Assembly (NCBI GenBank): GCA_965232895.1
Contig: OZ247430.1
Location: 3,456,122 to 3,520,121, forward strand
Origin: Dehalococcoidia bacterium
Lineage (GTDB): Bacteria; Chloroflexota; Dehalococcoidia; Lucifugimonadales; UBA3495
Length of the DNA stretch: 64,000 nt
Reading direction: 5' to 3'
Both the position numbers and the translations under genes were made by a program. A model generated the notes under the pieces. That model was given only the letters and a program-made list of their open reading frames with translations, was not told the DNA's origin and searched no databases. Every line of letters starts with the position of its first letter. The stretch's first letter is position 1. This document shows positions 19,025 to 28,175 of the stretch, in pieces.

Positions 19025-22000
19025 TTGATGCGTTCACCACCCATGGACGCCCGGCGGCTTCGCTGGTTAGCCCCCCTGCGCAGGCTGTGGGGGCCTAATT
19101 TTCTGTTGCCCGCGCTGCTGATCGCCGCGCTGGCCCTGCGCTTGTACGGCATCGACTGGGACGATGGCCACGGATTCCACCCGGACGAGCGGTCGTTCTA
19201 CCTGCGCGCCGACGACATGTTCCGCGTGCTCACCGAAGCGCCGGGACACGAGACCTGGCTGGCGGAGTGGCCCGAAATGCGGGCCGGCTTGCCCGACATT
19301 GGGACCGCGCTGTCAGCAGAGCATAGCCCTCTCAACCCACACTGGTTCCCGTTGGGCAGCGTTCTGATCTACGCGCTGGTGCTCATCCGGTCAGTGGCCG
19401 AGTTGTTCACTGACTGGGGCGCCATGGACATGCGGTTCGCCGGAAGGACGCTGGCCGCCCTGGCCGATACGGCGTCGGTGTTCCTCGTGTTCGCAATCGG
19501 ACGTCGGATGTACGGACGCTGGACCGGCCTACTGGCAGCCGCCCTAACCGCGTTCGCGGTCATCCACATCCAGCACGCTCACTTCTACCGTCCGGAACCG
19601 TTCACTGTGCTCACGTCGCTGGCGGCATTGTGGGCCATGCTCCGGTTGATGGACACGGCTCGGATGCGTGATGCCGCCCTGTTGGGCCTGCTCGTGGGCC
19701 TGGCCATGGCTCCCAAGGTGTCGGTCGCGCCAATACTGGCGCCTCTTTTCCTGGTGTTCCTGTGGACCTGGAAGGACCGGGCCGGCGGCCGCTGGACGGA
19801 TCTGACGGTGTGGTCCGCCGTCCTCTTCGCGCCGACAGTATTGCTGGCCGGAGTGCTGGCGTTGGCCGCGTTTTTCATTACCACTCCGTATGCGTTCCTC
19901 GATTTCAGCGCCTTTGTCTCCGACATCCGGGCGCAAGCAGAAATGGCGCGGGAGGCCGGCCACTGGCCCTTCACCTGGCAATACGCCGATACGCCGGCGT
20001 TCTGGTACCAGATCCGGCAGACGTCGATTTGGGGTTTGGGATTGCCGCTGGGCGTCGTCGCCTGGGTCGCGGCCCCGTTCACCGCGTGGATGGCCTGGCG
20101 GGGAGGAGTCTCGCAGCGCTCCGACCTTCTGTTGCTGGCCTGGGCCGTGCCGGCGTTCGTGTTCCTGGAGTTGTTCGAGGTCAAGTTCCTGCGGTATGTG
20201 TTCCCGCTCATGCCCTTCTACGTGCTCATGGGGGCGCGCATGCTGGTCTGTTTCATAGAATGGACGCAGCGGCAGCGTTCCCGCATTCCGGGAGATGTGT
20301 CCCCTCCGCCCGACGACGCGCCCTTCTCGGAGGAATGGCACGCCACGCCGCCCACCATCGGCGACGATCTGATCTTCGACGAGCCGCTCTTCGGCGATGA
20401 TGCGCCGTTCTCGGAGGAGTGGCACGCCACGCCGCCCACCGGAGGCATGCTGGTGTCGGCCACCGGGCGGCCGGTGGACTCTGACGCCCCGGCAGACCAT
20501 ATGCCCGCGCGTTGGCAACTGTTTGCGGACAGGGGTCGGCGGTACGCTTATCCGGTCAGCGTCGCGGCGCTGGTCATTGTCGTCGCGTCAACGGTCCTGT
20601 ACGCCCTCGCTTTTTCCAGTATCTACAGTCGGCCTCACACTGCGGTCACGGCGGCGGAGTGGATCAACGCCAACGTGCCGCCCGGCGCGTCCATCATCAA
20701 CGGTGGCTCCTTCTGGGACGAGCGCATACCCGACCTCGGCAGGTACGATGTGTGGACGTTTGCCGCCTATAATCCCGACGATGACCGCGGCAAAATCCCC
20801 GATCTAATTGGTCGCCTGTCCTCCAGTGATTACGCGGTCTTCTATTCGAACCGCGCCTACGGGTCGGTGGCCCGGCTGCCCGACGAGTACCCACAGAGTT
20901 CGGCGTTCCTCCACCTGTTTTTCGCCGGAGACTTGGGTTACCGGCTGGAGCGGTCATTCTCCTCATATCCCTCGCTGGCCGGCTTCAAACTGCGGGACGA
21001 CCCCTATGGCCGCGCCGGTCTCCCCGCGCCGCGTGGCGCTGACGGCGGCCGTTCGGAAGCGCGGGCCGGCTTCGGGTTGAACCTGGGGTACGCCGACGAA
21101 AACGTCATCGCGTATGACCACCCGCAGGTGCTGGTGTTCCGAAACGCGGATCGCCTGACTTCCAGTGAAATCAGGTCGCGCATCGAAGACGCGACGGCAC
21201 GGCGAGAGGATACCCCGCAACTGATGCTGCCGCCCGACGCGATGTACGCACAGCAGAGCGGCGGCACCTGGTCGGAGGTGTTCCGGCGGGACGGTTGGGC
21301 CAACCGGGTGCCGTGGCTGAGCTGGTTCCTGGCGCTGGAACTCATTTGCCTGGTTGCCTTCCCGCTGACCTGGTGGATCCTGCGTCCGCTGCACGACCGG
21401 GGACTGCTGTTTTCCCGGGTGGTGGGATTGCTCCTGGTGGCGTGGGTGGTGTGGCTGTTGGTGAACTCCGGCGCTGTCCAGTTTTCGCTGGGAGCCATAA
21501 TTTTCGCCATGCTGATCGTGGCGATACCATCGGCGGCGCTCCTGGCGGCTCGTTGGCGGGAAATGGCCGGATGGCTGCGGGAACACTGGCGCATGGTCGT
21601 CGTCGCCGAGGCGCTGTTCATCCTGGCGTACCTGGCCTTCGTGCTGATCCGAGCGGCCAATCCGGACCTGTGGCACCCGTGGCGCGGCGGCGAAAAGCCC
21701 ATGGAGCTGGCCTATTTCACTGCGGTAGCCCGTTCCTCGGTGCTGCCGCCCTACGATCCGTGGTTTGCCGGCGGGTACCTGAACTACTACTACTGGGGCT
21801 ACTTCATCCTGTCCATTCCCACGCGCCTGACCGGCATCCCGCCGGTAACGGCGTTCAACCTGGCCGTTCCGACCCTCTTTGCCCTGACGGCCACTGGCGC
21901 CGGCGCCCTGGCGTATTACTTCGTCAAAGCGGCCGGCGGGGATCGTGCGGAAGCCTTGTCGCCTAATCCGTCAGATCGCAGTTGGACTCGAATGTTTCCA

Positions 22001-23755
22001 TGGCGGCGCATGCGACGATGGTTGCCCGGCGGCGCGGCAGTAGTGGGTCTGGCGTCAGCAGTGATGGTTGCAGTTACCGGCAACCTCGACGGGGCAGTTC
22101 AGCTTTTTCACATCCTGTCGGCCAGGGTCAACGGCATGGCCGCGCCCCTGTCGAGTTTCGATTTCTGGCGCAGCAGCCGCGCCATACCGGAGATCCCGAA
22201 CTTTGAGCCCAACGCACTGACCCCGTGGCTGGAATCGCGTGACCATGTCGACCTCGGGTTTCACATCACCGAGTTCCCGTATTTCACCTTCCTCTTTGCT
22301 GACCTCCATGCCCACATGATGACCATGCCCTTCGCGCTGCTCGCGTTGGCGCTGGGGTTCGCGACGCTGGTGGGCGTGTCGAAGAGCGGGCCGAAGAGTA
22401 TCTGGACGTGGCTGTGCGCCGCCCTGATGGGGCTGGCGGTGGGCAGCCTGTGGACCATCAACTCCTGGGAATATCCGGCGTACGCCATGCTCATGGTCGG
22501 GTTCGCGGTGGCCGCGGCATGGATGATGGCCGGCGAACTAAAGGCGCGGCTGGCCCTGGGATTAGGCTTGGCAGTGGTGGCCGTGGTGGTGAGTTACGTC
22601 GCCTTCATCCCGTTCCATACCGCAACCGAGACGTTCGGCACCGGTATCGAACCGACTCGCTGGCGCACTCCGTTGACTAACTACCTGCTCATCCACGCAT
22701 TGCCGGTTTTGGCGGCATTTGCGCTGCTGGCGGCGATTTTGCCCCGAGCCTGCGCCCCGCTGCTGGCACGGATCAGATCGGCGACGCCGGTTCCGGCGGC
22801 GCACCAGTGGCTCCTGCTGGGCGTGTTGGCCGGCGTCGCGCTGGCGTGCTACTTCTGGGCGGCGGGCTACCTGACCGCCGGAGCGCTCATGGTCCTGCTG
22901 ACGCTGGTGTGTTGGTCGCTGGCCGCTACGCTGCTGGACGGCCATGAACCGACCGACCGGTCCGACGTGGCGGCGTTGGGCATGCTTGCCGTCGCCCTGG
23001 GCATCGGCATCGGCGTGGACTTCGTGCGCGTCGAGGGTGACATCGCCCGCATGAACACCCTATTCAAGTACTACCTGGTGGCGTGGCTGCTGTTCGGCGT
23101 AGCCGGGGCGTACGGCTTCTGGAGAGGTTGGACGGCGTGGCGTTCTCATCAGAGATTCTTCGGCAGTTTGCTGCGCCTTTCGTTCTCCCAGGTGGTCGCT
23201 ATAGTCGCGGTCGGGGTGATGATATACCCGGCGCTGGCGACGCCCGCGCGTATCCAGGACCGATTCCACTCCACGCCGTTGACTCTGGACGGCGCCGCGT
23301 GGATGCCCGACGCCGTCCACTGGGAGCGTGACGAGCCCATCGAATTGCGCTGGGACGCCGACGCCATCCGCTGGTTGCAGGATAACGTCTCAGGAACCCC
23401 GGTGGTCCTGGAGGCCCACGGCGACCAGTACCGCTGGAATGGCCGGATGTCGGTGTACACTGGGCTGCCCACCGTGATCGGCTGGCCGTGGCACCAGACC
23501 CAGCAGCGCAACGACTGGGACCTGATAAGGGCGCGGGCGCGGGACGTGTCGACCATCTACAACACCCTCAGCAAGAAGGAGGCATTAGACCTGATCGACC
23601 AGTACCGCGTGCGCTACATCGCGGTGGGCGACTTGGAGCAGATCTACTATCTTCCGGACGGCATCAAAAAATTCGAGCAGATGGTTGAGGCCGGCACTCT
23701 CGAATTGGCCTACGCCAACGACCGGACCACTCTCTACCGCGTTGTGCACAGGTAG
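19025..23755 (+). CDS. Very large polytopic membrane protein, Chlor_Arch_YYY/DUF2298-type with a GT39-like N-terminal region
   Basis: 1576 aa with many TM segments and FAGGYLNYYYWGYF (YYY motif). The N-terminus resembles PMT/ArnT-type glycosyltransferases. Confidence 0.8.
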   Translation: MMRSPPMDARRLRWLAPLRRLWGPNFLLPALLIAALALRLYGIDWDDGHGFHPDERSFYLRADDMFRVLTEAPGHETWLAEWPEMRAGLPDIGTALSAEHSPLNPHWFPLGSVLIYALVLIRSVAELFTDWGAMDMRFAGRTLAALADTASVFLVFAIGRRMYGRWTGLLAAALTAFAVIHIQHAHFYRPEPFTVLTSLAALWAMLRLMDTARMRDAALLGLLVGLAMAPKVSVAPILAPLFLVFLWTWKDRAGGRWTDLTVWSAVLFAPTVLLAGVLALAAFFITTPYAFLDFSAFVSDIRAQAEMAREAGHWPFTWQYADTPAFWYQIRQTSIWGLGLPLGVVAWVAAPFTAWMAWRGGVSQRSDLLLLAWAVPAFVFLELFEVKFLRYVFPLMPFYVLMGARMLVCFIEWTQRQRSRIPGDVSPPPDDAPFSEEWHATPPTIGDDLIFDEPLFGDDAPFSEEWHATPPTGGMLVSATGRPVDSDAPADHMPARWQLFADRGRRYAYPVSVAALVIVVASTVLYALAFSSIYSRPHTAVTAAEWINANVPPGASIINGGSFWDERIPDLGRYDVWTFAAYNPDDDRGKIPDLIGRLSSSDYAVFYSNRAYGSVARLPDEYPQSSAFLHLFFAGDLGYRLERSFSSYPSLAGFKLRDDPYGRAGLPAPRGADGGRSEARAGFGLNLGYADENVIAYDHPQVLVFRNADRLTSSEIRSRIEDATARREDTPQLMLPPDAMYAQQSGGTWSEVFRRDGWANRVPWLSWFLALELICLVAFPLTWWILRPLHDRGLLFSRVVGLLLVAWVVWLLVNSGAVQFSLGAIIFAMLIVAIPSAALLAARWREMAGWLREHWRMVVVAEALFILAYLAFVLIRAANPDLWHPWRGGEKPMELAYFTAVARSSVLPPYDPWFAGGYLNYYYWGYFILSIPTRLTGIPPVTAFNLAVPTLFALTATGAGALAYYFVKAAGGDRAEALSPNPSDRSWTRMFPWRRMRRWLPGGAAVVGLASAVMVAVTGNLDGAVQLFHILSARVNGMAAPLSSFDFWRSSRAIPEIPNFEPNALTPWLESRDHVDLGFHITEFPYFTFLFADLHAHMMTMPFALLALALGFATLVGVSKSGPKSIWTWLCAALMGLAVGSLWTINSWEYPAYAMLMVGFAVAAAWMMAGELKARLALGLGLAVVAVVVSYVAFIPFHTATETFGTGIEPTRWRTPLTNYLLIHALPVLAAFALLAAILPRACAPLLARIRSATPVPAAHQWLLLGVLAGVALACYFWAAGYLTAGALMVLLTLVCWSLAATLLDGHEPTDRSDVAALGMLAVALGIGIGVDFVRVEGDIARMNTLFKYYLVAWLLFGVAGAYGFWRGWTAWRSHQRFFGSLLRLSFSQVVAIVAVGVMIYPALATPARIQDRFHSTPLTLDGAAWMPDAVHWERDEPIELRWDADAIRWLQDNVSGTPVVLEAHGDQYRWNGRMSVYTGLPTVIGWPWHQTQQRNDWDLIRARARDVSTIYNTLSKKEALDLIDQYRVRYIAVGDLEQIYYLPDGIKKFEQMVEAGTLELAYANDRTTLYRVVHR
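20312..20440 (+). repeat. Internal 45-nt coding duplication (DDAPFSEEWHATPPT x2, 84-nt period)
   Basis: 20312..20356 and 20396..20440 encode the same 15 aa with a few synonymous differences. Confidence 0.85.
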
Positions 23756-23816
23756 GTGAGTGCCCAGTCGCCCGTTCAGGCAAACCCTGCCCTCGCGCGT
23801 ACATAGTTTCGCAAAT

Positions 23817-23928
23817 CGTCAGAGTCAGGATTTGCGGGATTTTATGATTTGTCAGGATTGGAAGAGTTCCATCACCAACCGTCCCCAATCCTGATAATCC
23901 CGAAATCTCGAAGATCCTGATTCTGACG
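23817..23928. repeat. Long imperfect inverted repeat (about 45-nt arms, 23-nt spacer) built from caggatt-type units
   Basis: The arm 23817..23861 pairs with 23885..23928 (cgtcagaRtcaggat...caggattgg). It lies just downstream of the YYY gene. Confidence 0.7.
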
Positions 23929-24076
23929 TTCCCCCACGCCGCAACCCAGGTGCATATGAGAAACCCGTGCCGCACGCGTCGCTGTCCGCGGCGTCCCGCG
24001 TTGAGTCGACCATGCGGGAGATGACCCCGCCTTTGGTAAGATGCCCTCAGAATATTTTGTGACTGCGAGGTGACCC

Positions 24077-24883
24077 GTGCTCTTTCCGGACCCAACAACG
24101 GATCGGCTGCTGGCCAATCTGGATGTGGGACAGCCCTCCCTCTGCGCCTACGTGTTCAGCCACCCGAACATGGTGGAAGTGGCCGGCCTGGCGGGTATGG
24201 ACTGTTTCATGGCCGACATGATGTTCACCGCTCACGATTGGGACAACATCGCCCACCTGATACGGGCGGCCCGCGGTACCGGCATCTCCCCCATGATCCG
24301 CGTGCAGGCGTTTCCGTGGGCCACCGGCGCCGACCGGCGCACCGTTTCCGATGCGGCCCGCGCCTTGTCCCTCGGGGCCACCGCCGTCACGGTTTCGGTG
24401 GGCTCAAAGGAGGAGGTGCAGGAATTGATGGGTCTGCGGGACGACTGGCACCGCCTCATCCACCTGCGCCGCTTCGACACCGCCGAGGACTTCCCGGAGT
24501 TCAACCGCAAGACCCGGGAGGGGACTTTGGTCGTGCCAACCGTGGAAAGCGAGGGTGGCCTGCGAGACCTCGACGAGATTCTGGCCATCGACGGCATCAG
24601 GTTGGTGTGGCTGGCCGCAGGTGACGTGACCAAGATACTGGGAGTGCCTTTCAAGTACGAAGATCCCAAAGTCATGCGGCTGCTGGAGAACGCCGTGAAG
24701 ACTGCGGAGCAGCACGGCGCGGCCATCATGTACAACATGGGCCTGGACTCGCCGGACTTCGACGCCATGGCGGCATCAGCCAGACGTTATTTCGATGTCG
24801 GGGTGCGTGTGGTCGGCCTGGGAGCCATGGAGTGGCACGCGCAGATGGCCCTGCAGCAAATCCGCCGTGGCGCCATAGGCTAG
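24077..24883 (+). CDS. HpcH/HpaI aldolase-family protein
   Basis: VEVAGLAGMDCFMADMMFTAHDW...PMIRV...VPTVESEGGL...DGIRLVWLAAGD fits the HpcH/HpaI pattern. Confidence 0.75.
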   Translation: MLFPDPTTDRLLANLDVGQPSLCAYVFSHPNMVEVAGLAGMDCFMADMMFTAHDWDNIAHLIRAARGTGISPMIRVQAFPWATGADRRTVSDAARALSLGATAVTVSVGSKEEVQELMGLRDDWHRLIHLRRFDTAEDFPEFNRKTREGTLVVPTVESEGGLRDLDEILAIDGIRLVWLAAGDVTKILGVPFKYEDPKVMRLLENAVKTAEQHGAAIMYNMGLDSPDFDAMAASARRYFDVGVRVVGLGAMEWHAQMALQQIRRGAIG

Positions 24884-24893
24884 GGCGCCGATG

Positions 24894-25056
24894 CAGGGCA
24901 ATCGCAAATGGGCGTTTTTAGTGCCGTCATTCCGGCGAAAGCCGGAATCCAGCGAGCGAAATGGTCAACCATGTTTCACATTCTTTCACCATAGGATCTG
25001 TGGACTCCGGCGAAAGCCGGAGTAACGGAACCATAGTTTCATATGCGATTGCCCTG
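24894..25056. mobile_element. 163-bp MITE, copy 1 (17-bp TIR CAGGGCAATCGCAWATG, two internal hairpins)
   Basis: Its reverse complement aligns end to end with 39678..39840 at roughly 86% identity by hand alignment, with equal length. Confidence 0.75.
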
Positions 25057-25074
25057 ATGAGGTTGGTCGCCGTT

Positions 25075-25104
25075 TTGACCGTGCTGCGAGGGTTACCCTA
25101 TAAT
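25075..25104 (+). promoter_or_regulatory. Near-consensus sigma70-type promoter (TTGACC-18 nt-TATAAT)
   Basis: ttgacc at 25075..25080 and tataat at 25099..25104, 65 nt upstream of the oxidoreductase start and 19 nt beyond the MITE end. Confidence 0.4.
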
Positions 25105-25168
25105 CGCTTGCGCCGCGCCCCGCTTTCGCACCCTGGCGCGCCTCTACGTATCGTTAGGAGGTACTACT

Positions 25169-26203
25169 GTGGCAATCGAATCCGTCCGCGTCGGCCTGAT
25201 CGGCGCCGGCCGTAATACTCGTGATCGACACATTCCGGGGTTCGATGAAACCCCGGGCGTGGAGATCGGCGCCGTCGCCAACCGGTCCCGCGAGTCGGGC
25301 CAGCGTGTTGCCGACGCCTTCAACATCCCCACCGTTTACGACAACTGGGAAGAACTGCTGGAAGACGAGAGCCTTGACGCCGTGTGCATCGGCACCTGGC
25401 CCTACATGCACCGCACGCTGACCATGGCGTCGCTGGAAGCTGGCAAGCACGTGCTGTGCGAGGCGCGCATGGCCATGACCGCCGCCGAGGCCCACGAGAT
25501 GCTGGCCGCGTCCCAGGCGTCGCCCAACCTGGTTGCCCAGATCGTGCCGTCGCCCATGAGCTTCGGGATCGACGACCTGCTGATTCGCCTGATATCCGAG
25601 GGCTTCATTGGCGACCTGATTTCCCTGGATGTCCAATCCCAGACCGGATTCACGGACCGCGATTCCACGCTGCACTGGCGCCAGGACCGCGACATGAGCG
25701 GGTTCAACATCCTGAACATGGGCATCTGGTACGAGGCCATGATCCGCTGGGTCGGCCGGGCGACCCAGGTGATGGCAATGAGCCAGATCACCGTCCCCCA
25801 TCGCCGGGACGACGACGGCAACTGGCGGTCGATCACGGTTCCGGACACCGTCGACATCCTGTGCCGCCTGGCCAACGGAGCCAACGCGCATCTGAAGTTC
25901 AGCGCCTGCGCCGGCCTGTCCCCCGGCAACTCCGTTTGGATCTACGGCACCGACGGAACCATCCATGTGGACGGCCAGATGCGCGTCTACGGCGGAAAGC
26001 GCGGTGATTCCCAGTTGCAGGAAATTGCCAACCCGCCGGAAAACCGCTACTCGTGGTCCGTCGAGCAGGAGTTCATCGCCTCCATCCGGGACGGGGCCCC
26101 GGTGCTGCGCACCCCGTTCAACATCGGCGTGCACTACATGGAGTGGACGGAAGCCGTGACCGTCAGCGCACAAACCGGCGAGGCGGTGTACCTGCCGCTG
26201 TAA
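25169..26203 (+). CDS. Gfo/Idh/MocA-family oxidoreductase
   Basis: VRVGLIGAGRNTRDRHIPGF...DAVCIGTWPYMH...GKHVLCEARMA. Confidence 0.85.
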   Translation: MAIESVRVGLIGAGRNTRDRHIPGFDETPGVEIGAVANRSRESGQRVADAFNIPTVYDNWEELLEDESLDAVCIGTWPYMHRTLTMASLEAGKHVLCEARMAMTAAEAHEMLAASQASPNLVAQIVPSPMSFGIDDLLIRLISEGFIGDLISLDVQSQTGFTDRDSTLHWRQDRDMSGFNILNMGIWYEAMIRWVGRATQVMAMSQITVPHRRDDDGNWRSITVPDTVDILCRLANGANAHLKFSACAGLSPGNSVWIYGTDGTIHVDGQMRVYGGKRGDSQLQEIANPPENRYSWSVEQEFIASIRDGAPVLRTPFNIGVHYMEWTEAVTVSAQTGEAVYLPL

Positions 26204-26228
26204 TCCGACGCGAGGAAACCACAAAATC

Positions 26229-27681
26229 GTAGGGGCGAATGATTATTCGCCCCATAGGCATCAAGTTAAGGGAAGCTGCCGGTAAGATGGTGATTGCATT
26301 CCAATCAATCGCCACCGGAGCTTCCCATGAGCAGTGTGCCAGAAGTTGCCCAGGCCATGAGCCGGGTTCTCACCGGAGTGGCCCAGCAGGCCGCCGCCGA
26401 GACGGGGCTGGTGCAACGGCGTTCCAAACTCACCGGTCCCGGCTTGGTGCAGACCCTGGTTTTCGGTTGGCTGGCCGACCCGGACGCCAGCCTCAGTTCG
26501 CTGACCCAGATGGCGGCCACGCTGGGGGTGACCATCAGTCCCCAGGGCCTGTTCCAGCGGTTCACGCCCCAAGGGGCGGAATGTCTGTACCGAGTTTTGC
26601 AAGAGGCTTTGGGTCAAGTTATTGACGCCGAACCGGTGGCGATTCCGCTACTGCGGCGCTTCACCGCCGTGTTGATCCAGGACAGCTCGGTCATCATGCT
26701 GCCCGACGGACTGAGCGAGGTCTGGGCCGGTTGCGGCGGCAGCGGTTCCTATGGACAGTCAGCCCTGAAACTACAGGTCCGGCTGGATTTGACCACTGTT
26801 TCTGATGCTGGGGCCTTTTCTGACTGATGGGCGAACCCCGGACAGCAATTCTGCGGTGCAGACGGCGCCGGTCCCAGCTGGCGCGCTGCGCATTGCCGAC
26901 TTGGGGTATTACCGACTGGATACCTTCCGGGAATTGGCGGCGCAAGGGGGCTATTTCCTGTCTCGGTACAAAGCCGGAACCAAACTCTACCGGCATGATG
27001 GCGCGGAACTGGACCTGCGGAAGCTGCTGTCCACTCCGTCGGCAACCGGCATTGACCGGCCGGTATTGCTGGGGCGCGCCCACCGCTTGCCTGTCCGCCT
27101 GCTGGCCGTCAAAGCGCCCCCAGAAGTGAGCGCCCAGCGGCGGCGGCAACTCAAAGACCACGCCCGCAAGAAAGGTCAGCAGCCCAGCAAAACCCGGTTG
27201 GCCTTATGCGACTGGACCATCTACGTTACCAACGCGCTCCCATCCCAGATCAGCCGAGATGAGGCAATGGTATTGGCGCGGGCGCGCTGGCAGATTGAAC
27301 TGCTTTTCAAACTGTGGAAGCAACACGGAGGCATTGACCGCTGGCGCTCCGCCAATCCCTGGCGGATCCTCTGTGAGGTCTATGCCAAACTGACCGCCAT
27401 GGTCATCCTGCACTGGACTTTGCTGACTGCGGTCTGGATGTACCCGGACCGAAGCCTGGTCAAGGCCGCCGCCGCCGTCCGTCGCTACGCCGTAATGCTG
27501 GCTACTGCCATGACCGGACTACTTACGGCAACCATGGTCATCGAGCAGATTGGCTTATGCCTGCGCGCCGGGTGTAAAATCCAGCGGCGTCGTCAACGCC
27601 CCGGGTCATATCAACTACTACTCGCCCTAACCGACGACGCTTAACTTGATGCCTATGGGGCGAATGATTATTCGCCCCTAC
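26229..27681 (+). mobile_element. IS4-family insertion sequence, copy A (frameshifted)
   Basis: 17-bp perfect IR ataggcatcaagttaag, bracketed by ggggcgaatgattattcgcccc on both sides. Nearly identical to copies B and C. Confidence 0.9.
26327..27644 (+). pseudogene. IS4-family DDE transposase, disrupted by a +1 frameshift
   Basis: tttc at 26799..26802 replaces gac (52600..52602 in copy B). This splits the ORF into 26294..26827 and 26805..27644. Confidence 0.85.
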
Positions 27682-27707
27682 TTTTTCTGATGGCAGCTGA
27701 TAGCCGT

Positions 27708-28157
27708 TTATTTGGCTTCGTAGTCGGTTTCGTTGAGCAAAAACTCTTCAACCTCCGGAGTCAGGGGCAGTCTTACAACGCCGGTCGCCTCATCACGTAC
27801 TCCGAAACGCTGGCGCGCCTCCGCCAGGCGACTGCTTTGAAGACGCAACCCCTCGCGCAATCCTTCACGTAACCCTTCACCCCTCGCCTTGGCCAACGCC
27901 CGCTCCCGTGCCACTCTTCTGATTTCCTGCTTCGTCTCGAACATTCTTCGCACCTCGTCAAACAGGCCGGCCAGCGGTATCACAAACGCCCAGTACAGCT
28001 TCGTTACCGCGGTTGCAAAGTACCGGTACAGCCAAACCTCTGAATCGCCAAATACCTCCAAGATCACCACGCTGGCGACGCCGGCCAGCGTAAATCCGAC
28101 AATTTGCCACCAGATACCACGGTTGGGCAGTTCCCCGGATAGTCCCGATGCTCTCAT
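27708..28157 (-). CDS. Hypothetical membrane/coiled-coil protein
   Basis: Two hydrophobic segments followed by a charged helix with a GLREGLREGLR repeat. No family recognised. Confidence 0.35.
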   Translation of the reverse strand: MRASGLSGELPNRGIWWQIVGFTLAGVASVVILEVFGDSEVWLYRYFATAVTKLYWAFVIPLAGLFDEVRRMFETKQEIRRVARERALAKARGEGLREGLREGLRLQSSRLAEARQRFGVRDEATGVVRLPLTPEVEEFLLNETDYEAK

Positions 28158-28175
28158 TGTAGCAAATGCGCCGGC

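Noticed and set aside
26790-26830. Programmed ribosomal frameshift in the IS copy A transposase
   Set aside because: Copies B and C encode the same protein in one uninterrupted frame. A differs by a 4-for-3 nt substitution (tttc versus gac), so it is a mutation. There is no slippery site.
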